Assembly (NCBI GenBank): GCA_044070495.1
Contig: JBIPSI010000026.1
Coordinates: 1 to 64,000, forward strand
From: Spirulina sp.
GTDB lineage: Bacteria; Cyanobacteriota; Cyanobacteriia; Phormidesmidales; Phormidesmidaceae
Length of the DNA stretch: 64,000 bases
Direction of reading: 5' to 3'
This document shows, piece by piece, positions 21,733 through 30,685 of the stretch (position 1 is its first letter; every line of letters starts with the position of its first letter). The position numbers and the translations under genes were made by a program. The notes below the pieces were generated by a model. It worked only from the letters and a program-made list of their open reading frames with translations. It was not told the origin of the DNA and did not search any database.

Positions 21733-22590
21733 ATGACGAACAGCCAGTCGCCGCAGGACTTTGAACGGCAAGTCAGTGCTTTACAGGTTGAGAAAGAACA
21801 GCTTGAACGTCAACTCCATGATTTAGAATCGATTATTCAAATTATGGCGGATCATGGCAGTTTCATTGAGACGGAACTGCAAACGATGAACAAACGGCTA
21901 CAGCTTGAAATTCGAGAACGACAACAGGCTGAGGCTCGATTGCAAATGTTGGTGGCGGCCATTTCTCAGCGCAATGTTGACTTGGAAATTATTCTGGATA
22001 CCCTGCGCGAACATGGGGATGCTATTCATGATCAATGGCAGGCTAAGGTCAAAGAAGCCAAGCATATGGCCGGGGTGGATAGCTTAACGCAAATTCCTAA
22101 CCGCCGCCGCTTTGACGAGTATCTTAAAAAACAGTGGCAAGTGATGGCCAAACGACAGTTGCCACTGGCATTAATCCTGGCTGATATTGACTATTTCAAG
22201 CAATACAACGATACCTATGGTCACCTTTTAGGGGATAGCTGCTTGACGTATATTGCCCAGGCTCTTCAAGGTAGTATTAACCGTGAGCATGATCTGGTTG
22301 CTCGCTATGGCGGTGAAGAATTTGCCATTATTTTGCCCAACACGAATTTATCGGGCGCAATTACGATTGCCAAGCGCATCCAAACGCAGGTTGGGCAACT
22401 TCAATTGCCCCATGCTAGTTCCTTGGTTAGCCACTACATTACCCTGAGTATGGGTGTGGTGAGCCTAATTCCGAGGAGGGATCAATTGTCCCAGGATTTA
22501 ATTGCCGCTACGGATCAATTGCTCTATCGGGCTAAGCAAGCGGGCCGTAATCAAATGGCCTACGACGATGAGGTCATTATTGATATCTGA
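21733..22590 (+). CDS. Diguanylate cyclase with N-terminal coiled coil
   Basis: DSLTQIPNRR, DIDYFK, REHD I-site, YGGEEF; start moved to ATG at 21733. Confidence 0.92.
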   Translation: MTNSQSPQDFERQVSALQVEKEQLERQLHDLESIIQIMADHGSFIETELQTMNKRLQLEIRERQQAEARLQMLVAAISQRNVDLEIILDTLREHGDAIHDQWQAKVKEAKHMAGVDSLTQIPNRRRFDEYLKKQWQVMAKRQLPLALILADIDYFKQYNDTYGHLLGDSCLTYIAQALQGSINREHDLVARYGGEEFAIILPNTNLSGAITIAKRIQTQVGQLQLPHASSLVSHYITLSMGVVSLIPRRDQLSQDLIAATDQLLYRAKQAGRNQMAYDDEVIIDI

Positions 22591-22676
22591 TCCACACAAG
22601 GATGGGATATTAGGGCGATCATGCCCAAGTAGAAAACCCATAGAGAATCCCTAGACTACCCCTCAATCCTCCTCCG

Positions 22677-23546
22677 CTATTCCACCATTCGCATACTCAA
22701 ATCGAGCCAAGGGGCGCGGGTGATGGGGGCGCTGCTGGAGATAAAATCTACCCCGGTTTCGGCAATGGGGCGTAGGGTATCTAGGGTGACATTGCCGGAG
22801 GCTTCGATTTTGATGCGGGGATTGGCCTGCCGAATGGTTTGCACCGCTACGGCCATTAAATTGGGGGGCATGTTATCTAGCATGATGATATCTACCCCGC
22901 AATCTAGGGCCTCTTTCACCTGGGCTAAATCGGAGGTTTCGACTTCGATGTTGAGAGTGTAGGGGATGGTTTTTCTCACCTGATCCACCGCCGCCCGAAT
23001 GCCCCCCGCTGCGGCAATGTGGTTGTCTTTAATCATCACCGCATCGTCCAACCCCAGACGATGGTTGCAGGCCCCGCCCACACGGGTGGCGTATTTTTCT
23101 AGCAGGCGCAGACCAGGGGTGGTTTTGCGGGTGTCTACAAACTGGGTAGGATAGTTCGCCAGGGCATCCACATACTGCCGAGTTGCCGTGGCAATGCCGC
23201 TCAGTCGCATGGCCACATTCAGGGCCACCCGTTCCCCCATCAGCAGAGTAGCGAGCGATCCCCGCAGCCTAGCCACCACGGTTCCCGGTTCACAAAACAC
23301 CCCCTCAGGGACTTGGGGATCAAAGCCCGACTCTGGATCCAGCAAATAAAACACCCGTGCGGCAATCGGTAAACCCGCCACGATCCCCGGAGCCTTGGCC
23401 ACCCAGATCGCTTCCCCCGGTTGCCGCGCCAAGTCCCCCAGCCCCGCCGTAGACCAATCCCCTCGGCCAATGTCCTCTTGCAGCCAGCTTTGTAGAGGGG
23501 GATCCAGGAGAATGGCGGGCAGGGAAAGGGGTAAATCGGCGGGCAT
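22677..23546 (-). CDS. nadC: Quinolinate phosphoribosyltransferase
   Basis: DTRKTTPGLR, NHRLGLDD, IKDNH, IMLDNM, EASG. Confidence 0.97.
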   Translation of the reverse strand: MPADLPLSLPAILLDPPLQSWLQEDIGRGDWSTAGLGDLARQPGEAIWVAKAPGIVAGLPIAARVFYLLDPESGFDPQVPEGVFCEPGTVVARLRGSLATLLMGERVALNVAMRLSGIATATRQYVDALANYPTQFVDTRKTTPGLRLLEKYATRVGGACNHRLGLDDAVMIKDNHIAAAGGIRAAVDQVRKTIPYTLNIEVETSDLAQVKEALDCGVDIIMLDNMPPNLMAVAVQTIRQANPRIKIEASGNVTLDTLRPIAETGVDFISSSAPITRAPWLDLSMRMVE

Positions 23547-23614
23547 AACGTAATTTTTTCTTTACGAAGGGTGAATTGCTACCACAGCCGAAAAGACTGT
23601 GTTACCTTAACCAC

Positions 23615-23896
23615 TAATGCTGACAAGACCAGCAGGAGAACCCTTGAGATTGTACCCTTTAGTCCTTCAGGAGGTGATGCCCATGCAAGAGAGTAGTAAA
23701 CGTATGGGTCTTCAGGTTAACGAAAGCCGGCTGTGCACCGGGGCCGTTCTCTAAGACTCAGTGTTCGCCTAGCGAACTAAGCTTCTGAAGCTGGCTGATA
23801 AGGGTTCCTCCCGGCAGTCAGGTTTAACCGAAGATCCAGCTAGACCGCCCTCGCCTTTGAAGAGTTTCTCTTCCCTAGGCAGGGCGGATAGTTTTT
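23615..23896 (+). ncRNA. Candidate sRNA or micro-ORF transcript
   Basis: Possible extended -10 TGtTACCTT (23600-23608), AGGAGGTGA then ATG (23683..23754, 23 aa), long terminal hairpin plus T run. Confidence 0.5.
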
Positions 23897-23940
23897 GGGG
23901 ATGCTTTAGGATCAGGGGGTTGAACTACGGAATCTCCACT

Positions 23941-24222
23941 ATGGCTACCCTATTAACAACTGAAGCCATTCAAGCCAAGCTTACCCAACTGCCCGACTGG
24001 AACCTCAACGGCAAGACGATTACCTGCACCCGCACCTTCAAAAATTTCATTGCGGCGGTGGATTTTGTGAACCGTCTGGTGGAACCCGCTGAGGCGGCAG
24101 GCCATCACCCCGACCTCTCCATTTCCTACAACAAGGTCGTGATCGAACTGAGCACCCACGATGCGGGTGGGCTGACAGAAAAAGATTTTGCCCTCGCCCA
24201 AACCATCTCAGCGATTGATTAA
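23941..24222 (+). CDS. Pterin-4-alpha-carbinolamine dehydratase
   Basis: AEAAGHHPD, THDAGGLTEKDF; start at ATG 23941. Confidence 0.93.
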   Translation: MATLLTTEAIQAKLTQLPDWNLNGKTITCTRTFKNFIAAVDFVNRLVEPAEAAGHHPDLSISYNKVVIELSTHDAGGLTEKDFALAQTISAID

Positions 24223-24235
24223 CCTGTACCACAAG

Positions 24236-24297
24236 ATCCCAGGGTTCTTGAGCGAGGGTAAAGACTTAGGGCTGGCCCAGCATCAGAACCCTGGGAT
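24236..24297. repeat. 13-bp perfect inverted repeat between convergent genes
   Basis: atcccagggttct (24236-24248) / agaaccctgggat (24285-24297). Confidence 0.85.
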
Positions 24298-24360
24298 TTG
24301 TCTTGGCGAGTAGGTCAACTTTGGATTTGTGCTCTCCTAGGGTGGCAGGGCGAAGAGGCA

Positions 24361-24383
24361 GGGCGAGGAAACCTCACCCCTAC
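24361..24383 (-). repeat. GTAG-family REP copy
   Basis: gggcgaggaaacctcacccctac. Confidence 0.8.
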
Positions 24384-24419
24384 GGTATTCTTAGGTTTGG
24401 AATCCGGGGATCGCAGTTT

Positions 24420-25076
24420 TTACCAGTCGCCGGACATCACCGCTAGGGTGTCTCCGGCCAGGGTCATCAGGGTGATGGGCAGGGATGGGCCTTGCTCTTG
24501 ACGAGGAAACTGCACGAGTTGAAGCCCAGATTCGGCGGGTTCTACGGTAATCACATAGTGATTCTGTTGCCACTGCACCCCCACCAATCGATGGTGCATC
24601 AGCCAGACCTCGGCGAGGTAGCCCTGGTTGATGGCCTCCGGTTGGTTGCCCTCATAGCAGGCCCAGGTTTGATCCACCACCGTCCACAACCCCGATAGAT
24701 ACAGGGGATCGGTGCGGGCGCTGAGGCCGTAGGTGGTGAAGGAAAAAATCTCGTGGCTCCACCAATCTTTGGCCACGCTCAGCAGCGGCTCGGACTGTAG
24801 GGCAGCGCCGTACTGGGGAATGGTTTGCAGATGTTTTTGCTGGGTTTGGGTGGAGGGCCGTTGCCAATCGGGCAGATCTAGGCAAACCTCTACCGGCAGC
24901 GCATTCTCTGAAAACTGGGGATTAACAAACTGGGGATCAACGGATTGCGCTTGGGCCACCGATGGAGGGATGGCGGACAGAGGAAGCGATTGATTCAAAC
25001 CTCCCGCCGTACCCAAAACCGCAGCCGTCATTAACGCTAAGGAAAATGGTCGAGTTATGGTCTCAAAAATAGCCAT
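24420..25076 (-). CDS. Exported hypothetical protein
   Basis: Signal peptide-like N-terminus with AQA; no family recognised. Confidence 0.75.
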   Translation of the reverse strand: MAIFETITRPFSLALMTAAVLGTAGGLNQSLPLSAIPPSVAQAQSVDPQFVNPQFSENALPVEVCLDLPDWQRPSTQTQQKHLQTIPQYGAALQSEPLLSVAKDWWSHEIFSFTTYGLSARTDPLYLSGLWTVVDQTWACYEGNQPEAINQGYLAEVWLMHHRLVGVQWQQNHYVITVEPAESGLQLVQFPRQEQGPSLPITLMTLAGDTLAVMSGDW

Positions 25077-25391
25077 TGATTGGAGTTGCTTAGGGAGTTA
25101 ACTATAGAAATGGAGGGGTAGAGCATCCGTTGGCAAACGAGCCTTGATCGGATAGAACGATCAACGCTAACCCAAGGGGCTAGACTATCTCTGGAGTGAA
25201 GCTACTAAAAGCAAGGCCAAGGGTGACTTGACCCTAACCCGCTGACGGTGAATCTGTAGCGTTCAAAACGACCGATACCGCCGTGGCCTCAGCTTCAAAG
25301 GCAAACGCTATGTATCGCAGACGAACTATGCAAAACCAAACTATGGGCTTGTTCTAGCGTCGGCTACCCATCGCTGATGGCGATTTCCGGT

Positions 25392-25480
25392 GAGCAATTC
25401 ATCCATTAGGAGAGAGCCTCCCAACTCCTAGCCAAGCTTGCCCTAGAATCGCTTCCTAGGCGGCGGCTACGGCATTGCTC
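25392..25480 (-). ncRNA. Candidate structured cis-regulatory RNA
   Basis: Four nested or adjacent stems closed by GAGCAAT/ATTGCTC, upstream of 24420..25076; strand inferred. Confidence 0.45.
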
Positions 25481-25616
25481 GTTGGTAAATCAATACAATA
25501 CTAAGATAGCGGTTTCGGTTCAAAATTTACGCCTCTGGGGAGTATTTTTTGGAGATTTTTTAGAATTTACTGGGCGGCCCTAAACCATGACCGTGGGCCG
25601 TTATGATCCCCGTCGC

Positions 25617-26720
25617 CTAAACAACGCTCGCTTCAGGCAAAATCAGCATGGCATCGCCAAAGGAGTAGAACCGATAGGCCTCTTGGATGGCGGTGTCGTA
25701 GAGGCTGAGCAGGCGCTCGCGACCAATCAGGGCACTAACTAGCATCATCAGGCTGGATCCGGGCAGGTGGAAATTGGTAATCAGGCCATCAATCACCCGA
25801 AACTGGTAGCCCGGATAGATATAGAGATTGGTTTTGCCATGGAGCGGTGCTAGCGATCCCCCTTGGGCGGCCCCTTCTAGGGCACGCACCACGGTGGTGC
25901 CCACAGCAATCACCCGTCCGCCGTTGGCCTTGGTGGCCAGGATTTTCTCCACGGTGTCGGCAGGAAGGTCAATCCATTCGCCGTGCATTTTGTGTTCGAG
26001 GATGTTCTCAGCTTCCACGGGCCGAAAGGTGCCCACCCCCACATGGAGGGTCAACTGGGCACGGGCGATCCCCCGTTGGTCTAGCCCCTCGAAGACCTGG
26101 GGGGTGAAATGCAGTCCGGCGGTGGGTGCGGCGACGGCTCCGGGCGTTTCGGCATAGATGGTTTGGTATTGCTCTGGGGAGGCGGTGGTGTCGGTGATGT
26201 AGGGGGGTAGGGGGACATTACCCAACCGCTCGAACAGGGCATAGAGGGATTCCCCTGGAGTCGGATTTTCACCCACCTCAAACCGCAGCAGGCGACCATT
26301 GGTGTCGGCATCGGTTTCCAAAACGTAGGCGATGAGTGCTGGCTTTTCCGGGTTTTCGCCAAAGTGGATGATCGCCCCCGGCTTCAGGCGACGACCGGGT
26401 TTGACTAGGGCCAGCCATTGGTGATGGCCCTTTTCCTCCAGCAAAAAGACTTCGACCTTAGCTCCCTCTGGTTTGTACCCTAGCAGCCGAGCGGGGATCA
26501 CTTGGGTATTGTTCACCACCAGCAGATCCCCCGGTTGCAGCAGGTTGGGGAGATCATAGAAATGCTGATGGCGGTAACTGGTGCGGGAATCGACCACCAA
26601 CAGCCTCGACCTATCCCTTGGGGTGACAGGGTTTTGGGCAATGCGCTCCGGCGGCAAATGGTATTGATAGGCGGCGAGGGTGTAGTCGGCGGCGGCGATA
26701 TCGGGGTTTTGGGCGGACAT
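25617..26720 (-). CDS. queA: SAM:tRNA ribosyltransferase-isomerase
   Basis: [43 protein letters not shown]. Confidence 0.97.
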   Translation of the reverse strand: MSAQNPDIAAADYTLAAYQYHLPPERIAQNPVTPRDRSRLLVVDSRTSYRHQHFYDLPNLLQPGDLLVVNNTQVIPARLLGYKPEGAKVEVFLLEEKGHHQWLALVKPGRRLKPGAIIHFGENPEKPALIAYVLETDADTNGRLLRFEVGENPTPGESLYALFERLGNVPLPPYITDTTASPEQYQTIYAETPGAVAAPTAGLHFTPQVFEGLDQRGIARAQLTLHVGVGTFRPVEAENILEHKMHGEWIDLPADTVEKILATKANGGRVIAVGTTVVRALEGAAQGGSLAPLHGKTNLYIYPGYQFRVIDGLITNFHLPGSSLMMLVSALIGRERLLSLYDTAIQEAYRFYSFGDAMLILPEASVV

Positions 26721-26832
26721 AGGTCAGGAAGGTTGGGTGTATCCACCCAGTGCAGGACGGGGGGAATGCCCCTAACGGGAACTGTATCAAGACGCAACAA
26801 TAGAAATGTAGCACCTGGTCAAAGGTCATCCG

Positions 26833-27222
26833 ATGGAATACACCTACTATCTCGCGAACGCTAGTCTGACCCTCCGAGTGGTCGAGCATTTGCTGGGCAC
26901 TCCCAGGCTACCCCTCGAATTTATGACGGTGATCCACCAGATTGACGGCTGGGTGATCCGCATCAAAATGAACGACAGCATTTGCGCCGACGACTCCGAA
27001 GATTTTCGAGCCTACATGAACGAACTGGGCATTGCCTACGATCCCGGTATCCGCGTTCGCATGGCTCTGTGGGGGCTAGAAACGGGCCAGTCTCCGGTAG
27101 ATGTGATGCGCCGCTACCAGGTGGCCATCGTGTCCCACGGTCGGCCTGATCGCGATGAAATTGAAGCTTTCCGCCGCCAGTTTGTGATGGGGCTGGGCTA
27201 TTGCCCCGAAACCCTGGCCTAG
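26833..27222 (+). CDS. Hypothetical protein of cyanobacterial type
   Basis: MEYTYYLANASLTLRVVE...GLGYCPETLA; clean ORF with typical codon pattern. Confidence 0.8.
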   Translation: MEYTYYLANASLTLRVVEHLLGTPRLPLEFMTVIHQIDGWVIRIKMNDSICADDSEDFRAYMNELGIAYDPGIRVRMALWGLETGQSPVDVMRRYQVAIVSHGRPDRDEIEAFRRQFVMGLGYCPETLA

Positions 27223-27350
27223 GGTTCCTGATGTTGAGTGCCCCTACCCTGGTGTGATGATCTAGATTCAAGAATTCTGCATTAGCTGAATGAGCAGCAT
27301 GAACTGAATTCACAAGTTTGTCCGGTTCAACCATGATGCAATCTCCGCAG

Positions 27351-27377
27351 AGGACGGTCTTAGGACTGTCCTTTTTT
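27351..27377 (+). terminator. Intrinsic terminator
   Basis: AGGACGGTC-TTAG-GACTGTCCT then T run. Confidence 0.8.
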
Positions 27378-27407
27378 ATGGGATGGCATTGGATCGGGTT
27401 GGGAGTT

Positions 27408-27683
27408 TTAAGGAAACTTTCGATAGATATCTCGACGATGTCGAACACGCATAAATTCGATAGTGCAGCTTTTGTTATCGATCTTCATGCCAACTCGACA
27501 CAGTCCAAATCGTGCCTTTTAATAATCATTGGAGCCGACTAACTTTTCTAATTTCCCTGTCCCAAATGGATTTTCTTGTACCGAAGTGCCGAAGACAAAA
27601 GCTTCTATGATCTTACGTGAAGACTCTGGAACTTTGGCAAGTTCCTTGTAAAAGGTCTTGGTATACCGAACCTGCCAAACCAT
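27408..27683 (-). pseudogene. RelE/ParE family toxin with in-frame nonsense codon
   Basis: Manual translation MVWQVRYTKTFYKELAKVP...KLEKLVGSNDY*KARFGLCRVGMKID...RVRHRRDIYRKFP*; TAA at codon 55 (27521-27519). Confidence 0.85.
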
Positions 27684-27979
27684 CAGGACTCCTCAGCCAG
27701 AAAGGCACGATAGATCTCCATGCCTTCGGCTTTTTCATAGAATTCATCCCCTTCTACGGCTTCGATTAGATCAGCAAAGGCTTCATCTTCCATCCAGTCC
27801 AGCAAGGTTTGGGGCGTTGTATTTAACAAATCAGCTAGGGTAAAAACGGAAAGCTTAGGCTGATCCTCAAAAAACAAAACTCCCGGCAGGGCTTTTTGTT
27901 CAATAAACTTTAGCAGTAGAGCAGGTTCTGTGCCTAAAAGCGTTGCTGAGGTATTGAGGTCTAGGGTTAAAACTGGCAT
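27683..27979 (-). CDS. Putative type II antitoxin
   Basis: 98 aa, acidic C-terminus, TGATG overlap with the toxin start. Confidence 0.7.
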   Translation of the reverse strand: MPVLTLDLNTSATLLGTEPALLLKFIEQKALPGVLFFEDQPKLSVFTLADLLNTTPQTLLDWMEDEAFADLIEAVEGDEFYEKAEGMEIYRAFLAEES

Positions 27980-28163
27980 ATAACGCCTCGATCCGTAGGG
28001 TGTGTTGATGGAATTCTATACCTCCATGGTACGAACAATGTCAGACTGGAGCCAGGGGGCTAGAGCCAAATCGCCGATTGAAAGCCTACCTTGGAGAATG
28101 ACTAGGATCGTAGCGAATGGTATACCGGAGTTCCGCCAGTCCGGGGCCGAGGTTGGGGCTTCA

Positions 28164-28799
28164 TCAGGCGGCGACGGGCTGGCTGGCACATTGACCGAGA
28201 CGCTGCAAAATACTCAGCACGGCATAGAGGTCGTTACCCTGTTTGCGTAGGGTAAATTCATCGGATAAAGCATAGCGGGGATCCTCCCCTCTGACCAGTT
28301 TGATGAAGATAAAGTGGCTACCATTGGTTACTAAACCAAAGGCGGGCCTGGAATCCTGGGGCTGAGCGAACAGATAGGCGAGGGCTTGGGGGAGCGCCAC
28401 CCTCACATCAAGCCCCTGGCGCTTCGACTCAACCACCGTGACCCACAGGGTTTGATGCAAAATCAGCACATCAATGCGACCCCGAGCCAGGTCGTCCCCG
28501 TCGGGGATCGTCACCTCAATGGGTTCCTCGGCCCTAGGCAAAAAGGGAGGACGGCACAACCCCGCCAAGGACAGCAACGGAGCCAGCACCACCAGCTTAA
28601 CGATCTCCTCGTGGAGAGGGTGCTTGGCCAAGGCCAAAAAATCCGCTTTGACCTGATCAAGCCACTGCCGATCCGCCACCGCCAGATTCGGCATCACCGA
28701 TTGCCACTCTGGGAAAAAGTGAGGATCCTCCACTTGGCGTAGGCCAAACGTGGCTTCTACCTCCGCGAGGCTGAGGGACTTGGCAGGCAGTACCGTCAT
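28164..28799 (-). CDS. PD-(D/E)XK nuclease-like protein (HsdR N-terminal-like)
   Basis: GRIDVL, VESKR, PQALAY, GLVTNG motifs. Confidence 0.82.
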   Translation of the reverse strand: MTVLPAKSLSLAEVEATFGLRQVEDPHFFPEWQSVMPNLAVADRQWLDQVKADFLALAKHPLHEEIVKLVVLAPLLSLAGLCRPPFLPRAEEPIEVTIPDGDDLARGRIDVLILHQTLWVTVVESKRQGLDVRVALPQALAYLFAQPQDSRPAFGLVTNGSHFIFIKLVRGEDPRYALSDEFTLRKQGNDLYAVLSILQRLGQCASQPVAA

Positions 28800-28978
28800 G
28801 ACATTGAGGAAACGCTAGGTCTGATCATAGCCCTCGGGGCAATGGGTGGCTGAAAAATGGTACGGACATCCCATTCGCCCAGAATAGCGACAGGTGACCT
28901 GGCAACCATCGATGAAAAATTGACAGCCGCCCAAAAAATTCGTTTGATGAGCACATTCTCTATCTTCCACCATCTGCC

Positions 28979-30559
28979 ATGGCTGCTGCTTCCGTTCAAT
29001 CGGGTCGAGGGGTGATTGCGGCGGGGCATCCGCTGACGGCTGAATCTGGGGCCGAGATGCTGCGCCAGGGAGGGAATGCCTTTGATGCGGCGGTGGCGGC
29101 GGCGTTTACGGCCTGCATTACCGAGTCGATTTTGACCTCGCTGGCGGGGGGAGGCTTTTTGTTGGCCCACACCGCCGAGGGCGAAAACCGCCTGTTCGAC
29201 TTTTTTTGCCAAACGCCCCGGCACAAAATTCCCGCCGACCAGCTTCAGTTTTTCCCGATCCAGGCCAACTTTGGCGACACGGTGCAAGAGTTTCACATTG
29301 GCCTGGGTTCCGTGGCGGTACCGGGAACCTTGGCCGGATTGTTGACGGTGCATGAACAACTCGGACGCTTGCCCCTCAAAACCATCGTGGCTCCGGCTCA
29401 ACACTGGGCGACTAAGGGGATTACGGTTAACGGGTTCCAAGCCTACTGTTACCAGCTTTTGGCCCCCATCCTCACCGCCACCCCCGCCGCCCAAGCGATC
29501 TATGCGCCCAAGGGCACCCTACTCCAGCAAGGCGAGGTGTTTGGCCTGCCAGACTTTGCCGCCCTGCTCGATCAGATTGTAGATCAGGGTGCCGAGATAC
29601 TGTACGACGGGCCGCTGGCCGACCAGATTATCCACGCCTGCGAAGCCCAGGGCGGTTATTTAAGGCGGGATGATCTGAGGCAGTACCAGGTGATTGAGCG
29701 CCAACCCTTGGCGATCCCCTACCGGGATGCGCTGCTGCTGACCAACCCACCCCCCAGTTCCGGCGGGGCGTTGATTGCCTTTGCGCTAGAACTCTTGGCC
29801 ACCGCCGATCTTGCCGACCACGGCAGCCCCCGCCATGTGGCCACCCTGCGCGAAGTCATGCGCCTCACCAACCTAGCCCGCCAGGATGGCTACGATGCCC
29901 ACCTCTATCGGACGGACGTTTTAGAGGAGTTTCTCGGTTCCCAGCACCTTGCGCCCTATCGCCAGCAGCTTATCGATGCCATGGGATCCACCGCCTGCAA
30001 CAAGTGGGGCAGCACCACCCACATCAGCGTTATTGATGGCGAGGGCAACGCCGTCAGCATGACCACCTCCAACGGCGAAGGCTCGGCCTACGTGATCCCC
30101 GGCACCGGGGTGATGCTGAACAACATGCTGGGGGAAGAAGACCTCAACCCCAACGGCTTTCACCAGTGGCAGCCCAACCAGCGGATTTCGTCGATGATGG
30201 CTCCCACGATGGTTTTAGAGCAGGGCAAGCCTCGGCTGGTGTTGGGGTCGGGCGGGTCGAACCGGATTCGCACCGCCATTTTGCAGGTGGTTTCTAACGT
30301 GCTGGACTTTGGCATGGATATCGAAGCCGCCGTCACCGCCCCCCGCATTCATTGGGAACGGGGTGCCTTTCATTTAGAACCGGGCTACGACCGCGAGATC
30401 CTTGCACATCAGGGCATTGGCATCGAAGACGACTGTACCTGGTGGCAAGCGCCCAATATGTTTTTTGGCGGTGTCCATGCGGTGGCTCGGTCTGAGTCGG
30501 GGGAATTTTCTGGCATTGGCGATGCCCGCCGCAGTGGGGCCTGGGTGGCGGTGGAATAG
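28979..30559 (+). CDS. ggt: Gamma-glutamyltransferase family protein
   Basis: GGNAFDAAVA, PPPSSGG, STTHISVID nucleophile Thr, SSMMAPT, GSGGS. Confidence 0.93.
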   Translation: MAAASVQSGRGVIAAGHPLTAESGAEMLRQGGNAFDAAVAAAFTACITESILTSLAGGGFLLAHTAEGENRLFDFFCQTPRHKIPADQLQFFPIQANFGDTVQEFHIGLGSVAVPGTLAGLLTVHEQLGRLPLKTIVAPAQHWATKGITVNGFQAYCYQLLAPILTATPAAQAIYAPKGTLLQQGEVFGLPDFAALLDQIVDQGAEILYDGPLADQIIHACEAQGGYLRRDDLRQYQVIERQPLAIPYRDALLLTNPPPSSGGALIAFALELLATADLADHGSPRHVATLREVMRLTNLARQDGYDAHLYRTDVLEEFLGSQHLAPYRQQLIDAMGSTACNKWGSTTHISVIDGEGNAVSMTTSNGEGSAYVIPGTGVMLNNMLGEEDLNPNGFHQWQPNQRISSMMAPTMVLEQGKPRLVLGSGGSNRIRTAILQVVSNVLDFGMDIEAAVTAPRIHWERGAFHLEPGYDREILAHQGIGIEDDCTWWQAPNMFFGGVHAVARSESGEFSGIGDARRSGAWVAVE

Positions 30560-30597
30560 GTAAATTCCAACGTCCAAAGCCTCCAAAACGCCGGTAC

Positions 30598-30665
30598 AGA
30601 AACCCGGTTTCTACTCTTGAAAAGGCCAAATCTCGTAGGTACACCGACGAAGAAACCGGGTTTCT
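30598..30665. repeat. 68-bp double-palindrome element, copy 2
   Basis: agaaacccggtttct-38 nt-agaaaccgggtttct. Confidence 0.9.
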
Positions 30666-30685
30666 CTCAAGCCTGACCCGATGCC

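Noticed and set aside
26784..26798. NtcA site upstream of 26833
   Set aside because: GTA is not followed by TAC at 8-nt spacing
26963..27542. Track ORFs 26963..27448 (-) and 27318..27542 (+)
   Set aside because: They overlap a real gene, a terminator and the toxin pseudogene, with no protein-like features
28164..28799. Type I restriction-modification or defence system
   Set aside because: Only a short nuclease-like domain; no helicase, methylase or specificity subunit nearby; such stand-alone genes are common in cyanobacteria
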